NCBI GenBank assembly: GCA_950097015.1
Contig: CATNEN010000039.1
Coordinates: forward strand, 6,200,001 to 6,264,000
Source of the DNA: Macrostomum hystrix
Taxonomy: Eukaryota > Animalia > Platyhelminthes
Direction: 5' to 3'
DNA length: 64,000 bases
Shown: positions 35,962 through 49,200 of the stretch, piece after piece
Numbering within the stretch: the first letter of the stretch is position 1
Layout of the letters: each line of letters opens with the position of its first letter
Translations under genes and position numbers: made by a program
Notes under the pieces: generated by a model
Seen by the model: the letters and a program-made list of their open reading frames with translations, nothing else
Told to the model about the DNA's origin: nothing
Databases searched by the model: none

Positions 35962-38834
35962 TCAGGCATCTTCGGAGCCTCGCCGCACGTCAATCAGGTC
36001 CTCGAGCTCCTCGAGCTGTGCTGACTCCATGGAGCCGCGGTCGAGGCGGCACAGGCGGCATAGAGGAGCCAGCTGGATGCCACCGCCGCCTCCACCGCCA
36101 CCCCCGCCTGCACCACTGGAGCTCGCCAGAGATGGCCGCCTGCGACCAGAGAAGAATCCGTTGCTGCCGCCGCCGCCGCCGCCGCCGCCGCTGGCGTTTC
36201 CGAAGCTGCTGTTGTTGGTTCTTGGCTCTTGCTGGAGCTGGTGCTGGTGCTGTTGCTGGTGCTGTTGCTGGTGCTGTTGCTGGTGCTGTTGCTGTTGCTG
36301 GTGCGGGTGTTGATGACTGCGGAGCTGTGGTCTGAAATTGTGCGCAATAGTTCAAGTCTGTGATTGGTCCGGAGTGAGCGAGTCTGTGATTGGTCCGAAG
36401 TGAGCGAGTCAGTGATTGGTCCGGAGTGAGCGAGTCTGTGATTGATGTCACTAGACCCGCAGCTAGCGAGCAGGCAATTCTGCCCATTTTGCTGACTCCT
36501 GAGCACATACGCGCACAGATACTGTACGCAGGCAAGCACTCACACAGCGGTGTGCTCACTCAAACTCACACTTTCACTGTATCTTTGAGAACAGTTATTG
36601 CAAGACAAGCCCCCAAGCCTTCACTCCGCGGCTGCGCCCAAATAAATGTGGCCTCGCCGCGGAATCGAGCTCAGGGACCTTGGTGCGAGCGACAAACGCG
36701 TAGACGCTCTGCCACTTTCCTTACGAGCGCATTCGTGCCTGTGATATTAATTTGTTTATGATTCAACAGGAGTAGATCAATATTTGGTCACAGGAGTGGG
36801 TAGATGAGTGATTGGTGTGAAGTGACAGTCTGTGATTGGTTGGGAATTCGCAAGCTTTTCATTAGTTGCGTACCTCAAGGGTGGCGTCGGCTGCTGCAGC
36901 TGCTGACCGAGTGCGGCAACGGCGGCAGCGGCGGCCGCAATGGCATCCGCCTGTGACTGGGACGGCCAGCCCGCATCACCCGGCAGCTCCGTGGCCGTCG
37001 CGCGAACTCCCCGGCGACGATCGCGAAACTGGTTCAACAGCTTGAAGAAGTAGAAGGAGGCGGCTAGCGAGAAGATCTCGCCCAGCTCGAACACGGTGAT
37101 GCAGGAGGCACCGATCCACAGGCCGATGATGCCGCCCATATCGCTGAGCAGGGAGATGAGGGTGTAGCTGTGCTCCTCGGTCATTGTGCGGATGGTGTGC
37201 GTCTTGGCGAAGATGCGCAGCTGGGCGGTGTGACCGCTGATGAACTGCAGCAACGGCCGGCAAGGCTCCACGGCACGCTTGGCAGCCTCGGAGCGGTTGG
37301 GCATCTTGGTCGAGGCGAACTGAAGTGCCCGGCACTGGCGCAGGTCGATGCCGCTGCTGTTCAGCGACTTGGCGATGGCCGCAGGCGGCTCCGCCTTGGC
37401 GTGCCGCTCGAGGTACTCGTCCAGCAGCTGGCTGAGCTTGCCCAGCTGAATGTCGGCGCCACGCGGCCTCAATGAAGTCTCCGGCCAGACGCTCTGGATA
37501 ACAAAGTACTCGTAGCTGGTGGCGGCGCAGATGTTGTTGCACTCGGTGCCCGCCGGCTCGGCCAGGCGGGCGGCGCGGACGGCGGCCTCCAGACGGCGGA
37601 GGCGGGCCATCACGCCTGGCTGGCTGGAGTTCATCTGGGCGGCGAACTCGCGGAAAAAGCGGGCCAGCGGGCGGCGGCCAACCCGCTTGACTGCGGCCTG
37701 CTCGGCCAGGCGCAGCCGCTTCAGGAGGGCTCGAACCCGCGACTCCGGCTGCGCGAAGACGCCGAAGATGTCGTGGCAAAACGGTGGCGGCCCGGCGCCG
37801 GCGTCAGCCAAGAACTCGAACTCCGGCAGGGGGCCCTCCATCAGGCAGCCGGCGGCGGACAAAATTCGGCGACTCCGCTCGAGCTCCAAGCAGTCGGCCA
37901 GCTCCCAGAGGTACCGGGTTCGCGTCCGCATCATAGGATCGAAGAAGACCCGGTCCCCCGGCGCGGTGCAGGGCTTAGACGGCGTGCTGATGATGCTGGT
38001 GCTGGTCTGTGTGAGCGGCAGGTCGGTGCGGTGCCCTGTCTGGACGAACAGCTCGGACAGCAGCGGCTTCGGCCGACTGTCGGCCTCGTGGATGGCGATG
38101 CGGAAGCCCTTGGACTCCAGGCCGGTGACACTCATGGCGTAGCGATCCGGCGGGAAGAAGGGGTCGGTGCTGGGTGAGTAGAGCACCAGGATGAGGCCGT
38201 CGTCGGCATTCTCAGAGCGGAGGCTGCGGCTGGGCGGTCGGTAGGTGAAACAGTTGCCGAATCGGCGGTGATAAAAGGTGCGGAAGTGGCGCGGCTCGCA
38301 CTGGCGGCCATTGTAGCGACAGTCGATGACGAAGTCGAACAGTCTGGCGGACAGCGCGGACATGTTGATGCGGTGCTCCAGGCTGGAGTATAGCGCCGTG
38401 AGGTAGTCGTCAGAGTCGTAGACAAAAGCGTAGCCCAGCAGGAACTGCAGGTAGATGCTGAATCGCAGGTGCACGAATTCCGGGTTGGCGCCATTCGGCT
38501 TGGCGGTGCGCAGCTCGTAGTCGGCGATGCTGTCGTACAGAAATATCCGCGTCTGCATCGGGTCGCACAGGGTGACGTCCGGCATCTGGAAGGAGTTCGG
38601 GCTCAGCCGAACCGTGGAGCTGACTGGATGGCTGAGGTACAGAGCGATCTGGCTGACCGCGTGCACCGACATGCCCAGGAAGGTCATGCTGAGCACGGTG
38701 AGCCAGATGAACTTGTCGGCATTCTGCGAGTTGCCAATCACCCGGTCGGCGCCGTGCACGGAGGACTTGCGGAGCAGGCTGAGGATGCGCGTGTGCAGCC
38801 GCGACAGGCGGTAGGAGGCCGGCGGCCCGGGCAT
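35962..38834 (-). CDS. DEG/ENaC (amiloride-sensitive, FaNaC/ASIC-family) channel, ~776 aa; exons 38834-36874 and 36331-35962
   Basis: N-terminal SSVHG, TM1 FIWLTVL, MPDVTLC, FGNCFTY, GFRIAIH, Cys-rich thumb, TM2 SLLSDMGGIIGLWIGASCITVFE with the GAS filter. A phase-2 GT-AG intron (36873-36332) joins to a Q/H/G-rich tail ending RRGSEDA*. Confidence 0.9.
36440..36716 (-). mobile_element. tRNA-derived SINE family A in the DEG/ENaC intron
   Basis: Head GTGGCAGAGCGTCTACGCGTTTGTCGCTCGCACCAAGGTCCCTGAGCTCGATTCC on the - strand. Confidence 0.75.
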
Positions 38835-39471
38835 GGCGCGCGTCAGGAGGAGGGCAGCGACTGGGGACCCGCCAGGCTCAGCTTAAACAGAGACCCAATG
38901 GGTCCAGCCGGGCCAGGATTGGCTGGCTCCGTGACCAACCAATCGCATTCTCCCCAGCTGTAAGCCAGATTGCCTCTCGACTTTAATTAATCCATCAAGG
39001 AAGACTTCATCGTCCGACTGGGACAATGCACTGAACCTTATATAATTTACTAAATAGTCGAGCATTAAAGTAGTTAAGACTTTAAGAGCGCCATCTTCTG
39101 GGACTCTAAATATATGAGAAATTCGCTGACCTTTTTGGTACAGTCTCTGAGAGTGGACCTGGCTGAGCTGGTAGCTGTAAATGCCTGCCTAGTTTTTAGG
39201 AAAAGCCTACCTGGGAGAAATTGCAACTCAGTCGATCTTAGATACGCATCTTCTAGGAGCAGACAGCCAGCGTGCGACACTTAGCGCCGTGCAAGACAAG
39301 CCTTTCAAGTGGCGCAGCGAGCCCTCGTATGCGTCACTCGCGCACAATTGCTTGAACAGGCCTCTCCACTGCTGCCTGCAGGAGCTGGCAATGCCAGAAA
39401 GTGCACGGATTAGGAGAACTAAGACAATGGAAAGACAATTTTTCTACACCGTTTAGACCAATGGAACATTC

Positions 39472-41215
39472 AGACAGGACAGGATAGGCACAGGTGAGAC
39501 ACGAGTCTCAGTCAGAACAGGATAGGCACAGGTGAGATAAGAGTCTCAGACAGGACAGGATAGGCACAGGTGAGACACGAGTATCAGACAGGACAGGATA
39601 GGCACAGGTGAGACACGAGTCTCAGTCAGGACAGGATAGGCACAGGTGAGATAAGAGTCTCAGACAGGACAGGATAGGCACAGGTGAGACACGAGTCTCA
39701 GTCAGGACAGGATAGGCACAGGTGAGACACGAGTCTCAGTCAGGACAGGATAGGCACAGGTGAGACACGAGTCTCAGACAGGACAGGATAGGCACAGGTG
39801 AGACACGAGTCTCAGTCAGGACAGGATAGGCACAGGTGAGACACGAGTCTCAGTCAGGACAGGATAGGCACAGGTGAGACACGAGTCTCAGACAGGACAG
39901 GATAGGCACAGGTGAGATAAGAGTCTCAGACAGGACAGGATAGGCACAGGTGAGACACGAGTCTCAGTCAGGACAGGATAGGCACAGGTGAGACACGAGT
40001 CTCAGACAGGACAGGATAGGCACAGGTGAGACACGAGTCTCAGACAGGACAGGATAGGCACAGGTGAGACACGAGTCTCAGACAGGACAGGATAGGCACA
40101 GGTGAGATAAGAGTCTCAGACAGGACAGGATAGGCACAGGTGAGACACGAGTCTCAGTCAGGACAGGATAGGCACAGGTGAGATAAGAGTCTCAGACAGG
40201 ACAGGATAGGCACAGGTGAGACACGAGTCTCAGTCAGGACAGGATAGGCACAGGTGAGACACGAGTCTCAGTCAGGACAGGATAGGCACAGGTGAGACAC
40301 GAGTCTCAGACAGGACAGGATAGGCACAGGTGAGACACGAGTCTCAGTCAGGACAGGATAGGCACAGGTGAGACACGAGTCTCAGTCAGGACAGGATAGG
40401 CACAGGTGAGACACGAGTCTCAGACAGGACAGGATAGGCACAGGTGAGATAAGAGTCTCAGACAGGACAGGATAGGCACAGGTGAGACACGAGTCTCAGT
40501 CAGGACAGGATAGGCACAGGTGAGACACGAGTCTCAGACAGGACAGGATAGGCACAGGTGAGACACGAGTCTCAGACAGGACAGGATAGGCACAGGTGAG
40601 ACACGAGTCTCAGACAGGACAGGATAGGCACAGGTGAGATAAGAGTCTCAGACAGGACAGGATAGGCACAGGTGAGACACGAGTCTCAGTCAGGACAGGA
40701 TAGGCACAGGTGAGACACGAGTCTCAGACAGGACAGGATAGGCACAGGTGAGACACGAGTCTCAGTCAGGACAGGATAGGCACAGGTGAGACACGAGTCT
40801 CAGTCAGGACAGGATAGGCACAGGTGAGACACGAGTCTCAGACAGGACAGGATAGGCACAGGTGAGACACGAGTCTCAGACAGGACAGGATAGGCACAGG
40901 TGAGACACGAGTCTCAGACAGGACAGGATAGGCACAGGTGAGACACGAGTCTCAGACAGGACAGGATAGGCACAGGTGAGATAAGAGTCTCAGACAGGAC
41001 AGGATAGGCACAGGTGAGACACGAGTCTCAGACAGGACAGGATAGGCACAGGTGAGACACGAGTCTCAGTCAGGACAGGATAGGCACAGGTGAGACACGA
41101 GTCTCAGACAGGACAGGATAGGCACAGGTGAGACACGAGTCTCAGACAGGACAGGATAGGCACAGGTGAGACACGAGTCTCAGACAGGACAGGATAGGCA
41201 CAGGTGAGATAAGAG
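39472..41215. repeat. 38-bp minisatellite (gacaggacaggataggcacaggtgagacacgagtctca)
   Basis: About 46 copies; each has a tgagac..gtctca hairpin and CAGGTGAG. Confidence 0.95.
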
Positions 41216-41871
41216 GGACATTCAAATAGTAAATAAGGCTTGAAGTATTAGAAGTACACTTGTGTTTTTAATGCCACAACACTGCTAATTGGTGTTAATT
41301 AACTTGCGATCTATTTGTGTCTACTTTCATATATAGCATCTCGAAACTACAAGAGCAGAATCAACAGATTTTTGCGTCTAAAACAGAAGCAAATATAATC
41401 ATTTTACTAATAATATATGAATGACTAAAATATCGTTTAATAAAACAGGAAATATTTGCCGATTTAAAACTGAGCTCAATGAAATAGCGCGGATATCCGG
41501 GATACAGGGCTGTGCAACTAAGCTAAGGCTAATGATTGAGTACCTGTCCTGTTAATTAGAGGCAAGTTTATCACAGAGAACACCAACAAATATTCAGGAA
41601 TTAAAATGAAAACTAAAACTCAACTATGTACGACTGAAAAGTTAAATGAACGACAGGGAATTCAATGTCAACTACACTAACTCAGATATAATGGAAATGG
41701 TTTTTTTGAAATGCCTCACAACAAGCAGTTCCAGTGTACTATTATGCTGCACGTGCTGCGAATCCAGTATTGCAGTACGATTGCAGTGCATTAAATAATG
41801 TGACGACAATATTGCAGGACGAGTTCTTTTACGTCTGATTGACTAGTGAAGGCCACGCAATAATCATGAAT

Positions 41872-42320
41872 GGGTGGGGACTAACCCTGAAGCGGGTGAG
41901 GACAAACCCTGGAGGAGGTGGGGACAAGCCCTAAAGGAGGTGGGGACTAGACCTGAAGGAGGTGGGGACTAGACCTGAAGGAGGTGGGGACTAGACCTGA
42001 AGGAGGTGGGGACTAACCCTGAAGGAGGTGGGGACTAACCCTGAAGGAGGTGGGGACTAACCATGAAGGAGGTGGGGACTAGACCTGAAGGAGGTGGGGA
42101 CTAGACCTGAAGGAGGTGGGGACTAGACCTGAAGGAGGTGGGGACTAACCCTGAAGGAGGTGGGGACTAACCCTGAAGGAGGTGGGGACTAACCCTGAAG
42201 GAGGTGGGGACTAACCCTGAAGGAGGTGGGGACTAACCATGAAGGAGGTGGGGACTAACCCTGAAGGAGGTGGGGACTAACCCTGAAGGAGTTGGAGACT
42301 AGGCCTGAAGGAATTAGGGA
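41872..42320. repeat. 22-bp minisatellite (gaaggaggtggggactaaccct)
   Basis: About 20 copies. Confidence 0.95.
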
Positions 42321-43206
42321 CGCGCTGAAGGTAGTGAGTATCCGTGAAGTAGCCCTGACGAGAGTAAGTGGCCTTGAAAAGTCGATCGACATGCGGAAAA
42401 TTGGTGGAATCGATAATTATTTTGAGGAAAAATCAATGGAATCAATGGATTAAAGCAGATTTTTAATAAAAAAAGCACAAGCACTGCGGACTGGAAACAA
42501 AAAAGCGGCGAAAACGTAAAAAGTTGATTAAAAAGGTTTTTGGAAAATTAAGGAACACACGAACTTACACATAGATAAGAAATTCTACAAACCTACTACA
42601 ACCTTGCGAATTTGTCCAACTAATAAAATATTTCAACTACTTACAACCTTTTGTTCGAAAACAAAATAAATTCATTATAAAAAGTCGTGCGAGTGCAAAT
42701 ATTTCGGAAAATATGGAGGAAAGATGGGAGAAAACTGTGATTGGGGATCCCTTTAGGAGATTTCCTTCTAAAAGTCTTCGCGAGAAATCCTTAGACAGAT
42801 GGACACAAGCGCTTCCTAATATGGCTTATAAGTTGATAGTCGATAAGTTCGTACTTTATTTTTCATGTATAAGCCGATATGTTTCGAAATAGTTATGAAA
42901 CAGTTATAAGGAGTCCATAATCTAAAGACCGAGAGTTTTAGAAGTCTAAATGTTTAATTTAATAGCTTAGCCTAATATCAAACGAGTATCCTAATATTAC
43001 GCATTTAATACTCTGCCGATATGTAGCGAAATATTAATTTTCAATGCCAAGGATCTCTAATTTATAAGGACCATTTTATAAGGCTCTCTAAGAACTGAGA
43101 ACAACTGAGACAACAGATAATTATTGGGGATTAATAGTCCAAATAGTCCAATCAATTGTGATCCAGTTGGTCATGGCGGCTTCCAGTACACCGTCAGTCT
43201 CCCAGC

Positions 43207-46200
43207 CTACCAGGGCGCCCACTGACTCTGCTCCGGCATCACGTAGCTGATGTCGTCCCAGGGATGCCGGTACAGGCCCTGCTTCAGTCGGCGCTGGTCC
43301 AAGTAGTGCCCGATGAAGCCCATGCTGCGGCCCAGCACAAACATGCCGTTCAGGGCGCCGATCTCAATGAACTCGTCGGCCTCCTCGCTGGAGAGACAGG
43401 CGGGTGAGGCGGAGATTCAATTAGGGGGTGAGATTCAGGAGCTGAAGCATACTGCATAGAGATCCTCAGGGGTGAGATTCAGGTGCTGAATTATACTGCA
43501 TAGAGATACTCAGAGGTGAGATTCAGGTGCTGAAGCATACTGCATAGAGATCCTCAGGGGTGAGATTCAGGTGCTGAATTATACTGCATAGAGATACTCA
43601 GAGGTGAGATTCAGGTGCTGAAGCATACTGCATAGAGATCCTCAGGGGTGAGATTAAGGTGCTGAATTATACTGCATAGAGATCCTCAGGGGTGAGATTA
43701 AGGTGCTGAATTATACTGCATAGAGATACTCAGAGGTGAGATTCAGGTGCTGAAGCATACTGCATAGAGATCCTCAGGGGTGAGATTCAGGTGCTGAATT
43801 ATACTGCATAGAGATCCTCAGGGGTGAGATTCAGGTGCTGAATTATACTGCATAGAGATCCTCAGAGGTGAGATTCAGGTGCTGAAGCATACTGCATAGA
43901 GATCCTCAGGGGTGAGATTAAGGTGCTGAATTATACTGCATAGAGATCCTCAGGGGTGAGATTCAGGTGCTGAATTATACTGCATAGAGATACTCAGAGG
44001 TGAGATTCAGGTGCTGAAGCATACTGCATAGAGATCCTCAGGGGTGAGATTCAGGTGCTGAATTATACTGCATAGAGATACTCAGAGGTGAGATTCAGGT
44101 GCTGAAGCATACTGCATAGAGATCCTCAGGGGTGAGATTAAGGTGCTGAATTATACTGCATAGAGATCCTCAGGGGTGAGATTAAGGTGCTGAATTATAC
44201 TGCATAGAGATACTCAGAGGTGAGATTCAGGTGCTGAAGCATACTGCATAGAGATCCTCAGGGGTGAGATTCAGGTGCTGAATTATACTGCATAGAGATC
44301 CTCAGGGGTGAGATTCAGGTGCTGAATTATACTGCATAGAGATCCTCAGGGGTGAGATTCAGGTGCTGAAGCATACTGCATAGAGATCCTCAGGGGTGAG
44401 ATTCAGGTGCTGATTTATACTGCATAGAGATCCTCAGGGGTGAGATTCAGGTGCTGAAGCATACTGCATAGAGACCCAATAGACAGACACTGAGTCATGA
44501 GATTCAGGTCCAGTAGACAGACACTGAGGGATGAGATTCAGGTCCAGTAGACAGACACTGCAAGGGATGAGATTCTGGACTAGTAGATAGACACTGCAAG
44601 GGATGAGATTCAGGACTAGTAGACAGACACTGCAAGGGATGAGATTCAGGACTAGTAGACAGACACTGCAAGGGATGAGATTCTGGACTAGTAGACAGAC
44701 ACTGCAAGGGATGAGATTCCGGACTAGTAGACAGACACTGCAAGGGATGAGATTCAGGACTAGAAGACAGACACTGAGGGATGAGATTCAGGTCCAGTAG
44801 ACAGAGAATGAGGGATGAGATTCAGGTCCAGTAGACAGACACTGAGGGATGAGATTCAGGACTAGAAGACAGAAACTGAGGGATGAGATTCAGGACCAGC
44901 AGACAGAGACTGAGGGATGAGATTCAGGTCCAGTAGACAGACACTGAGGGATGAGATTCAGGTCCAGTAGACAGAGACTGAGGGATGAGATTCAGGTCCA
45001 GTAGACAGACACTGAGGGATGAGATTCAGGTCCAGTAGACAGACACTGAGGGATGAGATTCAGGACCAGTAGACAGACACTGAGGGATGAGATTCAGGTC
45101 CAGTAGACAGACACTGAGGGATGAGATTCAGGTCCAGTAGACAGAGACTGAGGGATGAGATTCAGGTCCAGTAGACAGACACTGAGGGATGAGATTCAGG
45201 ACTAGAAGACAGAAACTGAGGGATGAGATTCAGGACTAGAAGACAGACACTGCAAGGGATGAGATTCAGGACCAGTAGACAGACACTGAGGGATGAGATT
45301 CAGGACTAGAAGACAGAAACTGAGGGATGAGATTCAGGTCCAGTACACAGACACTGAGGGATGAGATTCAGGTCCAGTAGACAGACACTGAGGGATGAGA
45401 TTCAGGTCCAGTAGACAGAGACTGAGGGATGAGATTCAGGTCCAGTAGACAGACACTGAGGGATGAGATTCAGGTCCAGTAGACAGACACTGAGGGATGA
45501 GATTCAGGACCAGTAGACAGACACTGAGGGATGAGATTCAGGTCCAGTAGACAGACACTGAGGGATGAGATTCAGGTCCAGTAGACAGACACTGCAAGGG
45601 ATGAGATTCTGGACTAGTAGATAGACACTGCAAGGGATGAGATTCAGGACTAGTAGACAGACACTGCAAGGGATGAGATTCAGGACTAGTAGACAGACAC
45701 TGCAAGGGATGAGATTCTGGACTAGTAGACAGACACTGCAAGGGATGAGATTCCGGACTAGTAGACAGACACTGCAAGGGATGAGATTCAGGACTAGAAG
45801 ACAGACACTGAGGGATGAGATTCAGGTCCAGTAGACAGAGAATGAGGGATGAGATTCAGGTCCAGTAGACAGAGACTGAGGGATGAGATTCAGGACTAGA
45901 AGACAGAAACTGAGGGATGAGATTCAGGTCCAGTACACAGACACTGAGGGATGAGATTCAGGTCCAGTAGACAGAGACTGAGGGATGAGATTCAGGTCCA
46001 GTAGACAGACACTGAGGGATGAGATTCAGGTCCAGTAGACAGACACTGAGGGATGAGATTCAGGACCAGTAGACAGACACTGAGGGATGAGATTCAGGAC
46101 CAGTAGACAGACACTGAGGGATGAGATTCAGGTCCAGTAGACAGACACTGAGGGATGAGATTCAGGTCCAGTAGACAGACACTGAGGGATGAGATTCAGG

Positions 46201-49200
46201 TCCAGTAGACAGAGACTGAGGGATGAGATTCAGGTCCAGTAGACAGACACTGAGGGATGAGATTCAGGACTAGAAGACAGAAACTGAGGGATGAGATTCA
46301 GGACTAGAAGACAGACACTGCAAGGGATGAGATTCAGGACCAGTAGACAGACACTGAGGGATGAGATTCTGGACTAGAAGACAGAAACTGAGGGATGAGA
46401 TTCAGGACCAGCAGACAGAGACTGAGGGATGAGATTCAGGTCCAGTAGACAGACACTGAGGGATGAGATTCAGGTCCAGTAGACAGAGACTGAGGGATGA
46501 GATTCAGGTCCAGTAGACAGACACTGAGGGATGAGATTCAGGTCCAGTAGACAGACACTGAGGGATGAGATTCAGGACCAGTAGACAGACACTGAGGGAT
46601 GAGATTCAGGACCAGAGACAGACACTGAGGGATGAGATTCAGGTCCAGTAGACAGACACTAAGGGATGAGATTCAGGACTAGAAGACAGACACTGAGGGA
46701 TGAGATTCAGGTCCAGTAGACAGACACTGAGGGATGAGATTCAGGTCCAGTAGACAGACACTGAGGGATGAGATTCAGGTGCAGTAGACAGACACTGCAA
46801 GGGATGAGATTCAGGACCAGTAGACAGACACTGCAAGGGATGAGATTCAGGACCAGTAGACAGACACTGAGGGATGAGATTCAGGACTAGAAGACAGACA
46901 CTGCAAGGGATGAGATTCAGGACCAGTAGACAGACACTGAGGGATGAGATTCAGGACTAGAAGACAGAAACTGAGGGATGAGATTCAGGACTAGAAGACA
47001 GACACTGCAAGGGATGAGATTCAGGACCAGTAGACAGACACTGAGGGATGAGATTCAGGACTAGAAGACAGAAACTGAGGGATGAGATTCAGGACCAGCA
47101 CACAGAGACTGAGGGATGAGATTCAGGTCCAGTAGACAGACACTGAGGGATGAGATTCAGGTCCAGTAGACAGACACTGAGGGATGAGATTCAGGTCCAG
47201 TAGACAGACACTGAGGGATGAGATTCAGGTCCAGTAGACAGAGACTGAGGGATGAGATTCAGGTCCAGTAGACAGACACTGAGGGATGAGATTCAGGTCC
47301 AGTAGACAGACACTGAGGGATGAGATTCAGGTCCAGTAGACAGACACTGAGGGATGAGATTCAGGTCCAGTAGACAGACACTGAGGGATGAGATTCAGGT
47401 CCAGTAGACAGACACTGCAAGGGATGAGATTCAGGTCCAGTAGACAGACACTGAGGGATGAGATTCAGGTGCAGAGGAACTCAAATTCAGCAGACAGAGT
47501 ATTGTAATTTGAGTTTGAGCATGAAGGCTAATGTCATCAGCGCGGAAGCAGGAAGTAGATTAACGAATTCCACAGGCATTATCTGAATCCAGCATTGCCA
47601 ATGTGTCTCAGTCCATGTCCCATTAGGCGGTAAAAGCCTCGGAAAAGAAAGGAAAAGGAAATTTAAAAGGAAAACTGCCTGAATGTATTGTTTAAAATTG
47701 AGGGAGGGTACAAATTGACAACTGCAAACATGCTAACCGACTAAAACTCACTTAGCAATATGCAAAAGTCAACACCATTTATCTTATTCACCTCCGCTGT
47801 CTTAACGAACCTCGATTTTCTTTCTGCATAGAAAGAATATCCTATTTACCATCTACACCATGTTAGCTTGGATTATTGCATCGTAATTATCTGCCTCTTA
47901 AGCTGCTTCCCATAATTTACCCTCAGCCACTCCCATTCCTCAGGCCCTGCTAATCACCAGCCCCTCCCATTCCTCAGGCCCTGCTAATCACCAGCCCCTC
48001 CCATTCCTCAGGCCTTGCTAATCCCCAGCCCCTCCCATTCCTCAGGCCTTGCTAATCCCCAGCCCCTCCCATTCCTCAGGCCTTGCTAATCACCAGCCCC
48101 TCCCATTCCTCAGGCCTTGCTAATCCCCAGCCCCTCCCATTCTTCAGGCCTTGCTAATCACCAGCCCCTCCCATTCCTCAGGCCTTGCTAATCACCAGCC
48201 CCTCCCATTCCTCAGGCCTTGCTAATCCCCAGCCCCTCCCATTCCTCAGGCCTTGCTAATCCCCAGCCCCTCCCATTCTTCAGGCCTTGCTAATCCCCAG
48301 CCCCTCCCATTCCTCAGGCCTTGCTAATCCCCAGCCCCTCCCATTCCTCAGGCCTTGCTGATCCCCAGCCCCTCCCATTCCTCAGGCCTTGCTAATCCCC
48401 AGCCCCTCCCATTCCTCAGGCCTTGCTAATCCCCAGCCCCTCCCATTCCTCAGGCCTTGCTGATCCCCAGCCCCTCCCATTCCTCAGGCCTTGCTAATCC
48501 CCAGCCCCTCCCATTCCTCAGGCCTTGCTAATCACCAGCCCCTCCCATTCCTCAGGCCTTGCTAATCACCAGCCCCTCCCATTCCTCAGGCCTTGCTGAT
48601 CCCCAGCCCCTCCCATTCCTCAGGCCTTGCTAATCCCCAGCCCCTCCCATTCCTCAGGCCTTGCTGATCCCCAGCCCCTCCCATTCCTCAGGCCTTGCTA
48701 ATCCCCAGCCCCTCCCATTCCTCAGGCCTTGCTAATCCCCAGCCCCTCCCATTCCTCAGGCCTTGCTAATCCCCAGCCCCTCCCATTCCTCAGGCCTTGC
48801 TGATCCCCAGCCCCTCCCATTCCTCAGGCCTTGCTAATCCCCAGCCCCTCCCATTCCTCAGGCCTTGCTAATCCCCAGCCCCTCCCATTCCTCAGGCCTT
48901 GCTAATCCCCAGCCCCTCCCATTCCTCAGGCCTTGCTGATCCCCAGCCCCTCCCATTCCTCAGGCCTTGCTAATCCCCAGCCCCTCCCATTCCTCAGGCC
49001 TTGCTAATCACCAGCCCCTCCCATTCCTCAGGCCTTGCTAATCACCAGCCCCTCCCATTCCTCAGGCCTTGCTGATCCCCAGCCCCTCCCATTCCTCAGG
49101 CCTTGCTAATCACCAGCCCCTCCCATTCCTCAGGCCTTGCTAATCCCCAGCCCCTCCCATTCCTCAGGCCTTGCTGATCCCCAGCCCCTCCCATTCCTCA

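Noticed and set aside
36777-36873. C-terminus of the 685-aa channel ORF as given by the ORF track
   Set aside because: More likely intron read-through; a phase-compatible downstream exon exists
36976-38963. Overlapping and antisense ORFs within the channel gene (likewise within the helicases and ACLY)
   Set aside because: Expected shadows of GC-rich coding sequence
39472-41215. CRISPR-like appearance of hairpin-containing 30-38 bp repeats
   Set aside because: No unique spacers, no cas genes, eukaryotic context
43171-43209. Stop-codon readthrough extension of ACLY
   Set aside because: TAG-G context is not a known readthrough motif and the extension has no recognisable signal
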